A stretch of 43,897 nucleotides of DNA from Halocafeteria seosinensis (taxonomy: Eukaryota): the NCBI GenBank assembly GCA_001687465.1, contig LVLI01000250.1, positions 62,001-105,897 of the forward strand, read 5' to 3'. The position numbers were made by a program, and so were the translations under genes. Shown here one piece after another: positions 11,009 to 24,404 of this stretch (within the stretch, counting starts at the first letter, position 1; every line of letters begins with the position of its first letter). The notes beneath the pieces were generated by a model. It worked only from the letters and a program-made list of their open reading frames with translations. It searched no databases and was not told where the DNA came from.

Positions 11009-14000
11009 TTATGCAACTGTGCTTAGTAGCAGCATGGATGTACCCTGGGAAACGGGGCTTGTCTCTCCGGTACCAGAATCCCCATAGATACGAACATTTC
11101 CAGAGATGGCAGCTCCCAAAGTGCTTCGGATATATTCAACCGGGGAACTTGCATGCCAAAGTTGCCTGAGCACATATCTGGTAATGCCGGAATGCGCAGA
11201 GACGTACGGGATTTTAGGCACAACCATTGCAGTGATTTCACGCCTATCTGTTTCCGACATTGAATAAAATACACAAGATACCAATTGAGCAACCAGCTTC
11301 CGCAAAAATTCATCAGTCGGTGGTCGCTTTCCACTCCGTCGCCGTTGTTTCGCGTCCGCAAACAGCAGCTCAATATGAGATAACGCTTCTCGAGGTTTGT
11401 TCTGGGCTATGAGACCGGAGGACAAGTGGCAGTCACACAGTCTCAGTATTTGCCGTTTGATTTGATTAAAATCAGAAGTACTACTCTTCGCAGGATCCTC
11501 AGAGTCTTGCAACTCGGGGTGATTCTGCAGAACGCTGTTAAACGTCGAGCTACACTGCTTACTCATGGCGGTGATTTCCTCACATTCATTTCGAAGGCGG
11601 GTCCGCGTATCTACATCTGCTAGGTCCATTGAAGTTGACAGCTGCTTCTGTACCTTAACGGAGTGACACATTGCGAGGAGCAGGCATGTTCGCGCCCATT
11701 GACACCGGCGATACACAGAGGAATTCACAACGGATATCCAGTTCGGAGTTTGAGCCCCAGTGACTACGGATATATCCCTGCCGGAGCACTTGTTCACCAC
11801 CTTTCGCAATGTTTTTGTTAATGTCTCCATTCCCAAAGGCTTCTTTCTCCCCGAATGAAATGCATTTCGCTGGATCACATTTTCCCGTAGCACGTATGCT
11901 CGTTCTAGCGCAACCAAGGACTCCTCGGTCTTGCCATTCCACAAATGCAGTCTTCCCAGTTGTTCATACAGCGTCGCGACACAAGGATGGTATGGGCCGA
12001 CGGTCAACTCATACACTTCAAGCGCTTTCTGTATCCGATCAAATCCCGCTAATTCATCACCTGTCGATACTAAAGTGCACCCCATACAAGCGGCAAAAGC
12101 GGCCACCAATGGATGCTGCGAACCCAGGGTGGTAGCAACGGCTGCGACGGCTGCGTTATAAAGAGCCTTTGCATCTTCAGTACGTGAACGGAAGGCAAAG
12201 CATTGTGCTCGCACCATTAGTAACTTCGCCGCTACCGGGTGTCGAGCCGGGCTGTACTTGAGGCCACTATGGGTCGCTTCTAAGGCTCTATCATACTGCT
12301 CCAACGCCAAGTACATTCGGGCGATTTCTAACAAGATCGATGCCGCATCGAAACTTTCTGGGCTTCCAGCATATGTGCCGAAAGCAGAGTCTCTTGATCT
12401 ACTTCGTTCCCCTTCAGAACAGGCTTGAAGTGCTTGGATGATAGCCAATCGTGTGTTGTAAGCATGTATTGCAGAGTCATACATGCCGGCCGCAGCATAT
12501 TCTTCCGCCGAGTATGTCAAGAAAAGAGATTCCGGGCAACGAGGCGGCACGTATGTTTTTGCCTTCCCACGCCATGGTAACATTTCCTGAAGGTTCAGAG
12601 GCTCCGCAGTATCAAATGACTGAGCCGGTTTTGTATTCGCAAACGTTTCCGCCCGATCTTGATGGGTGTTCATGAATGAATAGTCACTAGAGGAATCATC
12701 TCGAACTCCGGGTACGGCAGTAAAATCTGTGTCAATGAAACATACTCCTGTGTGATACTGAAGGCTGTGAAAAAGCTGGTATTTGGGATAGCTTTGGCTT
12801 TCAAGAGAGTATCCGAACTTGTTCTTGACAGAAGGGACCATGAGCTGCTTCCAGAACGTGCGGGAATCCTCTCCTTCACCCAAAAGGAGGTTGAAGAAAT
12901 CCCGCGCTATGCTCATCAACTGCCTTTCCAGCATTTGACCTCTAATTGTATCTGCCTTCCCGCTTTGGCCAGAGATCAACTTTCGCATATTGTTGTTGAG
13001 GATATGTTTGCCACTTCTGGCTATCATTTCCACTTCTAAAAGTGTACGCGCATGAGTTGTTGTCACATGCTGAGCAATCCTACCAATATTTCTCGCATTC
13101 AGACCAAAAGAGTGTAGCAAGCTACGTAATTCGCCAGAATGACTCGGAATAAAGCGCAAATCATCTAAAGATTTTGCTACAACTGGAATCAAGACCGTAT
13201 CTCGATAATGAGACAAAGCTCCAGCTTCTGCATCATTGGTTTCGCAGTCCGGTACGTCACCGACGGAAAAAGGCATGACCTTGTGCTCACGGGTTCGCGA
13301 CAGTGCCTTCTCCATCGGGCGACCATCCTGTCCAGTTCCACGATATGCATCCGAAGATACTCGCTTCTTCCAAGAAACGACGAGCTCTGGGCGAAGTAAA
13401 AACCCATGGCAGTCCCGTTTGTGCGGCTCCGGGTTGTCCGATGGCATTAGGCGCGCTGTGTTGAACACATAACTACGGCTATCTTCTCCTCGGTATACTT
13501 GTATGTCTCCGTTAACAGGCACTGGTACATTCCCTGCAACGGGAGCATCTTCATTCTCTATATGTGTCTCTATCGAATGTTGCTGAAGGTTCAACTCTTT
13601 TCCAGCACGCCTTAACGCCGAATGCACAACGTCATCTCGATTAACAAATTCTTCCTTCGGACCACTTTTCCCGTAAACAAGATCCGCGGTGCGTGGATCT
13701 CCTGGTCTGATAGCTGCCACGCCTTCCAACTGGTCCATGTACTTTGGTATCCAAGCAGTAGCGAAGAAACGGAAACCGTACACATCTATTACGGTAGAGA
13801 GAGGACTTGACAATGGCAAGAAACGGTTTTCCCTGGACAGGTTAGACGAACCTCTCTGACGGCCCAAAGCATCTCGTCGACTCTTTAAAGACGTTGAATA
13901 AATTAGTCTGTTATGGTTCAGCTCGTGGCAAACGACTCGTCGGATTATTCCCCCCTTCTCGCTATCGTGGCGACTCAAAGAGTCTACAAGTTTCAACGTA

Positions 14001-17000
14001 ATTCCATCGTGATGAAAAGTGTCCACTTTATCCTCCAGTTCTTGTATCCTCCTCTCTTTTCTCGGGACATGCATTTCATGTACGATTTGAGCAGCTATGC
14101 GTCTAGCCTTCGACGCAAAGCATCCCGTGTATGCAGCCCAGCAGACTGCCTTCTCTACAGCCTCAGAAAAAGTAAATTCCCTGGCTTCTGCAATGCGTTG
14201 ATACCATTTATTCCAATCGCGTTGTGAGATACAGTGAGTCCATACTGTATCCGTAATATGTCGCAGATCTGGTGGAAGAAGAAGATACTTGCCGGCGCGG
14301 GAAGCAGTCAAGTCTTCTATAACTGCCTCGCGGTCATTTCCTGAGGCCGCTTGGATAGCAGAATGACCGTGCAGCGACTGTATTTCCCTTGGAGTCCGGC
14401 CCGAGTTAAGTTCTTGGTGAATGAATTGAGCCTGATGTTCAGGGTCCAAACCTGACGCTTCGCATTCGCATGTCTTTAGCGCTTGAGTGAAATGAAATCC
14501 TAAACCGAAATTGATTTGTCCATGATCTATCCAGGGTGAAGGACTCGTCTCCGTATCCACGGAGGGGTCCAATCGCGACACCAGTGCTTGCTCGCCAGCA
14601 GAGACACCCGGAATATACGGTTTGTCTCCGACTGCCTTCATCCCAGGAGGTAGCCAGTGCAATTCTGTCGATCCACAATGTCCTGTTATGCATGCTCCCG
14701 TGGATTCTGGTTCTAGGGTAGCGCCTAACGCAGCACCGCTGAAGGCATTCTTACGGTCAATATGTAACAGGTCTGCGCCTACGGCGCTGCTCATGTGAGG
14801 TGAGACAATATCAATGGAGCGGAATTGGTATCTTGAAACAGGGAAACAACTTAACTCCGGCATCCGCGCAACTAGGCTCATTGAAAGGTGATGCTGCAAA
14901 CTCGTCGAGGTCTCCACGGGCTTTCGGACACTGTTATGAACCCTATTGTCGTAATTGTCAATACCAACACGTTTGGAACTTGATTTTCCATGGATGAAGG
15001 CGTCAAGAACACTCTCTCTCGATTCGATATCTTCGTTGCCACCAGACCAAGTCGTTACCGACGGTCCTTCCGTCGAATATAGAGACTCGGTTTCTGTATC
15101 AGAGGGAGCACCTCCCGATAGGCCATTTAGAGGCTCAAATGCTTGGAACAGAGGCTTTCCTGAGTTATCCTGATAACCGCTTCGTAGATCACCCGACGAC
15201 CCGTGGCCATGCCAAGTATCACCGACGTTACTGGGCGTTCTCACATCATCGTCCATGCTCTGGGGCGGGGAGTTAAATTGCTGTCCGGGATAATATGGTC
15301 CCTGAGTAGAGACTGAACTCTGTATGTGCTCTGCAAGACCTTGTAATGTTGGATTGTGATACCTTGTTTGGAGGTTGTCATTTTGTTCCACTGGGGATAT
15401 ACCGGAGTGCATCAATGCCGAACTTGGCCGGTATTCATTTCCTTGATCAGGATAGGGTGTATACGGCGATGCGTATTGCAGACCTGACCCAGTCTGAGAC
15501 TGCTGCTGTCCAGCACGGACACTATATCCATTCCCGTGGGTATGAAATGTATCGCCTCCATATATATTATCCCCAGACATGTGACTTATGGGAGGTGGTG
15601 GCCGGTATTCAAGCCCTTGGGAGCTATTCGCATAGGCAGGAGGAAATTGGTTATCACTGGGAGGGAGGGTTGCACCATAAGAAGGGGGTTGCTGAACAGC
15701 ATAGCCGTTATATTGCAGGGGTGCAACACGCGCCTGGGATGGACCACTCTGGTGGTTACTCAAAGAATAATCTGCGAAGGGAGGTACAGATTTTGATGAC
15801 AACGCGTCGGCCTCTCCATAAAAGAATGCCGATGCTTCCCTTTGCCACCATTCAAGGAAGTTTCCCCGCGATATGAGGCCCTCATGTCTCGGATCAAGCT
15901 TGACGGTAAGGTTTTGCAACTTAAAGGGGGAGATGACATCCAATCTTAGTCGACGGAAGAGGTCTTGAAGACGGAAAACTGGAAGCATCCCTTGCATGTC
16001 ACTTGTCATTTCATCCCACACATTCAAAACTTCATTCAGTCCTGGAAGCCAAGTGGAACCAAGTGAAGATGGTGACGCAGATGTGTTGGGAACAGGTCTT
16101 TGCTCTAGCCCAGGCCCACTTTGCCCCAGTCGCCACGTGGCATGGGACTCCGGTGACGCGGACGGCATTTGATGGGTGGAGCTTGTGGATACTTTATCTT
16201 GGATGGCTCGAGCTGCTGCTCGGGCAGCATCCGCTCCGGTCACGGCAGTAGTGGCAGTGTCGACACGAGAGAACGCCGTTGATGACGGCGATTCTGAACC
16301 AGCTAGTCGGAGTAAAGGCTTGTGACGACTGACTGAATCCTCCCCTGTACGAAACAACTGTTTAGAACGGTTACTATAGTTTTCAATCCCGGGACCCCGA
16401 TGAGGGGGCCGGGGAGAAACATCCGCAGTTGAAGTGAAATTCCAGCCAGGAGGACCTGCTTTCCTGTATTCACGTAAGTCGGTACTCTTCGGAGGTGGTA
16501 AGTCGCGAGGGTGGGGATTCTGCATATCAGTTGACATCCCCTGTAGCACTGGACGGATGCCAGCATCCCCTTCTTGTGATGATCGGCGTTTAGTATCCCT
16601 AAACATGCTAAATTGGTTGCTAAATTGGTGCCCCGCGCCTACATCCCCAGAACTTTGTGCTACAGGATGTGTAGGTGGTCTGGACGTGGTAGGAAACAAT
16701 TCATCTTCGTCATCTTCCTCATCATCACTATCTGTTTCCGCAGACCGCTCCAAAGGCGCTACTGGTGGCGGTGGCGGTGGTTTCTTTTGTGTATCATCTG
16801 ACACTCTACTTTCTCCGGATTCTTGAGGTGTATCTGCAGTACTCGTTTGAGCAGTGCTTCTCTGAGATTGAGGCTGTTCATGTGGCTGAGATCCCTGTGT
16901 CTCTGCTTCACTTCCAGTATCATACTCTGGTTGGAAGAGCTCTCTTCCGTGGCTATCTTGAGTCAATCTCCCCGAGTGTTCTGGAGGTGGGCTAGGCGAT

Positions 17001-17932
17001 TCATCGCCTGAAGTATCGTGTCCATCGCGAGGGGCATCTAACGTCTTACTCTCTGTAACACTTCCAGAACTCATTTCTGATACCATGTTATCAATGTTGC
17101 CCGTATCGATCCTTTGCAAATTGTTTTCGTCCTCAGAATAATCACTGGCGTGGCCTTCCTCAAAGTTGTCATCAGGATCGTACCTTAATACACCATTCTC
17201 ATCATACATTTTCCCCGTAGGTTCCAAAGTCCATTCATTCTCAGCTGCATAATTAGCAAGTTGGCACCAGTCTTCGAGTGTAACATACCAATTGTCAAAT
17301 TCGGAATCGTCTGCGCAGGAAAATATCATTTCCTCAAGAGGTTTTTTGGGGTTGTCCGGGTCTGGATCTAGCGGATCTGGAATTGCAATCCTGATCATAT
17401 AATCTCTGCCATGAGTAAGATAATCCTGCGGAACCTCGGTAACGAACGTATCTCGGCTCAAATCCATTACATTTCCTGCTTTATCGCCCTCCTTGGGTTT
17501 TTCATTCTTCTTGAAAACCAACAGCCTCCGCGGTTCCAACACTACAAATCGAGGTAGCCATTTTTCTTTTTTCAGAGCGTTTCCTTTCACATACTGCAAC
17601 ACCGAAAACCCATTCTCCATGATATGCAAATAGAACAAGAAAAGGCAAACGTGCTTGACACCTCTTGTAATAGTCACTTACTTGCTCCAACCAGCCTTCA
17701 TGGACTACATCTTCGGAATCCGGGCGATAAATGGCTGCAAGTACAAGACCATATCTTCGTGAAATCAACATTTCTCTCAAGCACAATCGAATAAGGTGCA
17801 TCACTCCAGGCAACTGCCGTTCTCACACGGTAAGAGACATGGCAGAGGAAGCCGTGGTTACGTCTGAAGACAACAGATTCAGGAAGACGTGGAGCGCGCG
17901 TAATCGACCTCACCTTTTTTCGAACCCGACAT
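11009..17932 (-). CDS. Large PH-domain + CLU/eIF3-p135-like + TPR protein (~2200 aa)
   Basis: PH: HEGWLEQ|YVKG..KWLPRFVVL..FSCADDSEFDNWYVTL. CLU: VIDVYGFRFFATAWIP, LVYG, GEDSRSYVFNTARLMP, LLRPELV, LLHSFGLNARNIG. TPR: LGSQHPLVA, VGPYHPCVATLYEQLG. The start at 17932 (MSGSKK, phase-1 GTGAG donor) is tentative. Confidence 0.8.
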
Positions 17933-18291
17933 GTCTCTCGACTTCCACTTCCCCAGCGGCGGTTCCAACCAACCAAACGAGTGCAAACCGATCGACCACT
18001 TGCAATCAAAGAAAGGGAGGAGCCTTGAAAATCCCTTCAAAGACACTGTTTGTAGCCCCATAACGTAATCCCTCCGGGCGCTCGGCCCGGATTTTTTCCC
18101 GGATTCCGGGCTCATCCAGCCACTTCACAAAGCAGGAACTCTGTCTTTTTGTGAAGACGGAGCCATTACCGCAAGGGCCATTCACCTTTGATTTCAGTGT
18201 GAATGGTTGCGTGTGTATCGGAAATTGGCTGTCCGAAAAGCTGGTAGTTAGGTAGATATCGAATGTATTGGATGGCAGTTGTTGAAAGACG

Positions 18292-19336
18292 ATGTTACCA
18301 CGAGTGTTCCTGCGACGAGCGGCGGCGGCTGCCAAACAGCAAACAAGAACAACTTGCTTTAAACCTGCAGTTTTAGGTTCAGCAATTCCCCAGTTTCCTG
18401 GAAGCAGTTCTCCTGTTATGACCTCGCATTCCGCTATCCGTGAAATGAGCGCTGCGTCCGCGGCAGCCCCAGGGACTCCTGAGAGACGCCAACAAACTAT
18501 CGACGCGCTCAAGAGGGCCCAAGCCATTTGCTTCGATGTTGACAGCACAGTGCTCGATGGAGAAGGTGTTGATGCTCTAGCTGAGATGACCGGAAAAGGA
18601 AAGGAAGTTGCTGAACTCACCAACAAGTAAGTGCATCCCATAAATGCTTAGAAAACGCCCGTGTCACTCTTGGGTGTCCCACAGTGCGATGCAAGGAACA
18701 ATGCTGTTTCAAGATGCTATACGGAAGCGTCTGGATATTATGCAACCAACACGTAAACATCTGGATGACATCATTCAAAACGAGAAACTTGAGTTGACAG
18801 ATGGTGGGTATAGTGGCGAAAACGTAGCAATGTTTTCAACATTACTGTATTCGGAAGCACGTTCGCAGGTGTGGCCAAGTTTATTGAAGCCCTGCAGAAG
18901 CGCGGGACAAAAATTTACTTGGTATCGGGCGGCTTCCGAGAGATGATTTTACCCTATGCGCGGCGACTGAATATCCCAGAAGAGAACGTTTACGCCAACG
19001 TCATTATCTTCAACGAGTAGGTCGCCCACATACGTCACCTACTTGCAGAATGCTTTACCGTCAGATTTGCCTCTTTGCAGCGATGGATCATATAAAACAT
19101 TCGACGATACGGTTTACACCAGCCGCTCTGGAGGGAAAGCAGAGGTTGCGAAGCTCCTCAAGGACCAGTATCAATACGATCCGCTGATTTTCATCGGGGA
19201 TGGAGTCACCGACTTAGAGTCCCGTCCCCCGGCCGATTACTTCATTGGATATGGAGGTATTGTTAAGAGAGACCGGGTAGCAAACGAAGCGGACTGGTTT
19301 GTCAACGATTTCGAAGAATTGAGTCGAGAGCTTTAA
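18292..19336 (+). CDS. PSPH: Phosphoserine phosphatase (HAD family) with N-terminal presequence (4 exons)
   Basis: CFDVDST motif I, LVSGGF motif II, SGGK, and IGDGVTD motif IV; three GT-AG introns restore the frame. Confidence 0.93.
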
Positions 19337-19439
19337 ATCTCGGCCACTACCACTCTCTCAGTAGGCGTTGTGTTTCTCCCTTGGCATATCATAGTAACAG
19401 CCTTCCATGTTGCTAGGACGAGTACGTCGTCATCTTAGA

Positions 19440-20513
19440 TCAATTATTCAATAGCGACAACGAAAATTCGTAGACTAAGAACGTGACTGCATTTGTTGGA
19501 ATGGACCGGACCAGTGTTGGAGCCAGACCACGGTAGAGTGCAGTCCATCCAGAAGTGTGAATCAGCTCGCGCGCTACCGAAAACAGTTTGAGCTGATTTC
19601 GATGAGCATGGAGGGGTTTCGTTTGTACGTTTGTCTTCAAAACATCGAACGGATACGTACTGCCCCAAGTGAGCACACCAGAAACGCTTCCCGAGACCAG
19701 CATTACCAATGTATCTTCAAGGCTCGGTAAACGGGAATTGGTGGGAGAAGCAGAGCCCACAGAATGGGTCTCAATACCAAGATAGTTCTCTATTGCATCT
19801 TCGGCCTCTGAGGCCTCAGTGGTGGAGCTTTCCGGCGGTAGATCTACTTCCTCTGGGACGCTCACTGCCTGTGTAGGAGTCTCTAACTTGTTCGGATCTT
19901 CTTTCAACAACTTAACGAGATCATTCAATAACCTCTTAGTCCATTCATAGGTAATAAAGTAAACCGCAAATGAAGGTACGTCTCTCCAGACGGTAGTCCA
20001 CCAACCTTGGAATAAACCTCGGAACACCCCCAAATGCTTCGACCTCTCTTTGATTACCCTCCACGCCGATAGTCGGAAGCTCCCTTTGATATAAACTTGT
20101 TGCTGACACTTTATTAATTCTGATGGTGTCGCAATAATGCATTGTAAAAGCCCTCCCCATGCTCCAGCTACTCCAAGTCTCAACGTGTTTATGCCCGTAG
20201 ATGGTTCAACAGTCTCCATGTAACGCATCGCTTGACCATACCCTGCAAATACCAAAGCGTTTAACGGGGCGTTGGCGATCAAAGGACTCGCCAGACCTTT
20301 AAATAGCGACAATGGGCCTTCATAGCGCACTGTTCTGATCGCAGCTTGGAACACCCCTCTGTACTCTGTGGCTGTTCGACTGCTTTGTAGGCGTACACGT
20401 ACTGTATCCAACGGATGGCCCACAAAAATTCCCGCCATACCGCCGACAGTCCCGGCGAGTAAATCCGTCACCACATTGCGCACTTCTGACTTATCGGTCG
20501 ACGTTAACTCCAT
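19440..20513 (-). CDS. Mitochondrial carrier (SLC25; carnitine/basic amino-acid carrier-like)
   Basis: Three signature repeats PLDTVRVRLQ, PSELIKCQQQ and PFDVLKTNVQ, plus RDVPSF; intronless 357 aa. Confidence 0.92.
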   Translation of the reverse strand: MELTSTDKSEVRNVVTDLLAGTVGGMAGIFVGHPLDTVRVRLQSSRTATEYRGVFQAAIRTVRYEGPLSLFKGLASPLIANAPLNALVFAGYGQAMRYMETVEPSTGINTLRLGVAGAWGGLLQCIIATPSELIKCQQQVYIKGSFRLSAWRVIKERSKHLGVFRGLFQGWWTTVWRDVPSFAVYFITYEWTKRLLNDLVKLLKEDPNKLETPTQAVSVPEEVDLPPESSTTEASEAEDAIENYLGIETHSVGSASPTNSRLPSLEDTLVMLVSGSVSGVLTWGSTYPFDVLKTNVQTKPLHAHRNQLKLFSVARELIHTSGWTALYRGLAPTLVRSIPTNAVTFLVYEFSLSLLNN

Positions 20514-20973
20514 CGTAATGCTCTTCGGAATTCAAAACCCGCCGGTTACAGTCGTTTACAAATCACTCAAGCAGGGCGATTCCGTTAAACGCGGACGTTT
20601 CATGATTCAATCAGTTCTGACAGTGAGTATGCCAGAACTCGTTTCTTTTTCCCTACAGTCTCCAAAACAGCATAGACTCGGGAAATAACGCATTCCAAAG
20701 GGTCAGACAGCTTGTGAAGTTGGGAGACTGCTTAAATGTGCGAAATGATTGTCGCACTGCCTCCGCAAACAAGCTTTTCGTAGAGCTGCCTTATACTTTT
20801 TAGAGGGTATTTATGATGATTTGGCACTGGATATCTGCCCCAAACGAGTGACCCAAGGAAAGAAGATTCGGCAACCTACCTTCTCAGTCGCCTCATGTAG
20901 AGCCGTACGTCTCTTATTTCGAAATATACGAGGATCTGAACCTTCAGGAAGCGGCAGAGCTTGAACAACCAAA

Positions 20974-22002
20974 ATGTCCAAGGACACACGCGATAATGTG
21001 TTCCCCACGAGGCAGATGGAACAGGTCTACAAGGCCAAAGAGAAGGGAGCCAAGAAAGGTGAGATCCTCGATGTTTCCCCTGGAACGCGAGAAATGCTCA
21101 TATTAACTGTGTACGGCAAGTGTTCTGCAGGCTATGACCTTCTGAAGAAGAAGAGAGATGCTCTCAAAAAGAGATTCCACTCACTGGCCTCTCAAATCTA
21201 TAACGTAAGTTGCTGGATTGATTTGTATCCTTGAGGCAGACAATGCTTGCTATACATTTTTGTGGGGGAACTCGATTTTGGCTGTGTACAGGCCAAAAAC
21301 AACCTCTCGGAGGAACTCCAAAAGGCTTACTTTGCTTTGGACGAGGCCGGATGGAGTGCCGGCAATTTCAAGTAAGGGAGCTCGGTATGTTTTTACTAGT
21401 TAGCACAAGTGCGAAACCATCAATTGTTTCATGGCTACAGGCACAAAGTGCTGCAAGGACAGTATGCGGAACCGCAAATGGCAGTGAACGTGATCCACGA
21501 CAATGTCGCCGGTGTGCGAATACCAAAGTTCCATCTACGGGAAGGCCAGGTTGCCAACACTGCTGAATTTGGCTTAGCCGGTGGAGGTAGAGATATTGAG
21601 CGTGCACAGAAAAGATGGACGTCTTTGTTGCGCCTTCTCGTTAAGACGGCAGGTCTTCAGACACAGTTTGTGGCTCTCGACGAGGCCCTGAAACTGACTT
21701 CGCGTCGAGTAAACGCACTGGAAAACGTACTCATACCACGCATTGAAGGAACAATTCATTATATTATAAGTGAACTTGATGAAATGGAGCGAGAGGAAAC
21801 TTTCCGAGTAAAGAAGATCTTGGAGAATAAGCGTATCCACGCGGAAAAGGAAGTAGAAAGAATGCAGCAACACAAGAAACAGATGCAAGGCGAAGTCAGT
21901 CAACAGGACACAGAGCAAGGTGAAGGAGAATCGAAGCATGAGGAAAAGAACATATTAGAAGGGGAGGCGGAATATGATGAAGACGCTCACTTGTTCGACT
22001 AA
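20974..22002 (+). CDS. ATP6V1D: V-type ATPase V1 subunit D (4 exons)
   Basis: [72 protein letters not shown]. Confidence 0.96.
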
Positions 22003-22598
22003 ATCCCCTCAGGGGCGCTAACTCAAGTTATGATAGCGAAACGGACATCCCACTTAGAAGTAGTAATTTCGTTAGTTGTTACTTGAGACAAAGAATGGTA
22101 CCATGCGTATGTTTCCTTAAACAAGTACAACCCGTGTCTCATTTCACGTATTTGCAATAGCCATTGAAGCTTGTTATCACTGTACAACGGTTATCTACCA
22201 GAGCCATCGCCACTTTCGCCCTTTATGTTCATATTAGATGGGTATGTACTTCGCAGGGTAGAGAAGCGAGAAAAATCTTAATATCTAGAAACAGTTGCTC
22301 GCTATGCAAAATCTGCAACGGACGGAGACTATTTGGTATGGTTACTCAATGCGCTATTACTGGGCAGAAACAATTCACACCGTGAATTACACGTGAACCA
22401 ACTTCCGCAATGACTCAGCTTCGCCTGCGGGAATTGGCTGGACTGCGGCTTAATCAATCGATGTGAACTCGTTAGGTTTGTTCCTCACGGCGTTTTCTTC
22501 TCCCATTGCTTTCCGTGGCAGAATTCTTCTTTTTAGATAAACTTCGGAGAAACTCTTGTTTCGTTAGATAGAACACACTTTACCGACATACACAAGCA

Positions 22599-24367
22599 AT
22601 GGCTAATGTAAGTAGGGGACCTTTTTTGTTGGACTAAGGCTTCCCCCAAATTTGTTCCCTGTCCCTAACTTCAACCTGACAGAACCTTGCAAGTTGTATG
22701 CCCCATATAGCGCGTGTGTGCCTAAACTAAATTATTATTTCTGTGATAATGACAATGCAGTTCGACTCGATCTTCAACAATATGCTAGGCGGGTTCGGAG
22801 GCTTTGGAGGAGCGGCGAATGGAGCGTACGTGGAATCGAAATTTTCCCTGTTGCAGAGTGAATGAATGCATGATTGACGCTTCTCATGTGGCCTACAGGT
22901 TCCAATGTAATCTTAGATGTTACTCGATGGCTGCCTCGGGGAAGGACGACAAGGAACGAGGTGACAAAGGTACGACGTATACTCGGTTCCCGGTCGGCCG
23001 TGGAAGTTGATGACCCAATTGTTCTATGTTAATGCAGTGATACTACCGGAATCAAAATTCCAGACTTTGAGTATGTTTTTGCTTTGATGTGCCATTTGTT
23101 GATCTCACCAGATTGTTTACACTGCCTATTGTTGGTCTCTGCTTTCTTACAGCCATGATGCAAGTTCAGTGGCCAATACAGTTTAAAGTTAGCAACGAGA
23201 ACTTACAGCGCTATACCCATGTTGGTGTATTAGAGTTCACAGCACCCGAGGGACGAGTATACGTGCCCCATTGGATCATGCAAAATCTGCTGGTGGAAGA
23301 AGGGGATATGCTCAGATTCACCAATGTTAGCTTACCCAAAGGTACATTCGTAAAAATTAGACCCCGATCGAGTGATTTTCTGGACATTAGCGACCCCAAG
23401 GCTGTATTGGAGATGTCATTACGGAATTATTCCTGTCTAACCAAAGATGATCAAGTATGTATAAACTATAACGACAGAAATTATTTCTTCGACGTCCTGG
23501 AGCTCAAGCCGGACAATGCCGTGTCAATTGTTGAAACCGATATGGAAGTAGATTTCGCACCACCAGCCGATTATGAAGAGCCCGATTACGGAAAGAAGAA
23601 AGATCAAGGCAACAAAATCGACTTCAATACAGCGAATGCAACCAAAGTAGCCGAGTCGGAAGAATCAATGCAGGAAAAAGGGCCAGCACCGGCCGCTCAT
23701 GACCCAAACTTCGTCCCGTTTAAGGGAGGGGGGCAACGACTCGACGGGAAGACTGGCAGGAAAGCTAGTGGTTCTGCATCTCCAGCGCTATCATCAGCGT
23801 CCTCTGCGAGTGGTAGCAATGCAGGTGGGGGTGGACAGAATCTGCAACAGGGAGTAAGCCGATGATTCTTGCTGTGTGTGGTCTCGGGGACCCTTTCACT
23901 GCGATTTTTCTGAAATCACAGGCATCTCCAATTTTCGGCCCGAAAGGCGGCGCAACACTTCGTGATCCACCACAAAACAAATCCTTAGAACAAGCAAGCT
24001 CGAGTGCCAAATCGAGAAACATGTCGCCTTTACATCGTGCTGTAAACAGCGGCCTAGGAGGAAGTGTTATTGCAGAGGGAGAGGGCTTCTCATTGGGCCC
24101 TTCGGCAACGCGATCAAAACCCGTCTCTACCGAGAAGAACACCACAGGCGTGGCGGCTTCAAGTACTCCTCCTTCGGGTAGGAAAGAAGCCGTAAGTTTT
24201 GTCAACGTAACAGGTACTCTGCCTTCAGTCACAGCATGTTTTCTTACTTGCAGAAAACAACGCCCCGCTCTGGTGATAGCGGAGGTGATACTCCCAATAA
24301 GTTCGCTGGGCGATGGAAAAAGCCGGGAGGAACCTTCTTTACGGGTCAAGGCAAAACTCTCAAGTAA
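22599..24367 (+). CDS. UFD1: Ubiquitin fusion degradation protein 1 (p97/Cdc48 cofactor), multi-exon
   Basis: RCYS..ERGDK|VILPES, THVGVLEFTAPEGRVYVPHWIM, FLDISDPKAVLE, IVETDMEVDFAPP; SHP boxes FKGGGQRL and FTGQGKTLK*. Confidence 0.93.
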
Positions 24368-24404
24368 AGAGCCAACGGAATGTCGAAAGACGTCTTCAGT
24401 AATG

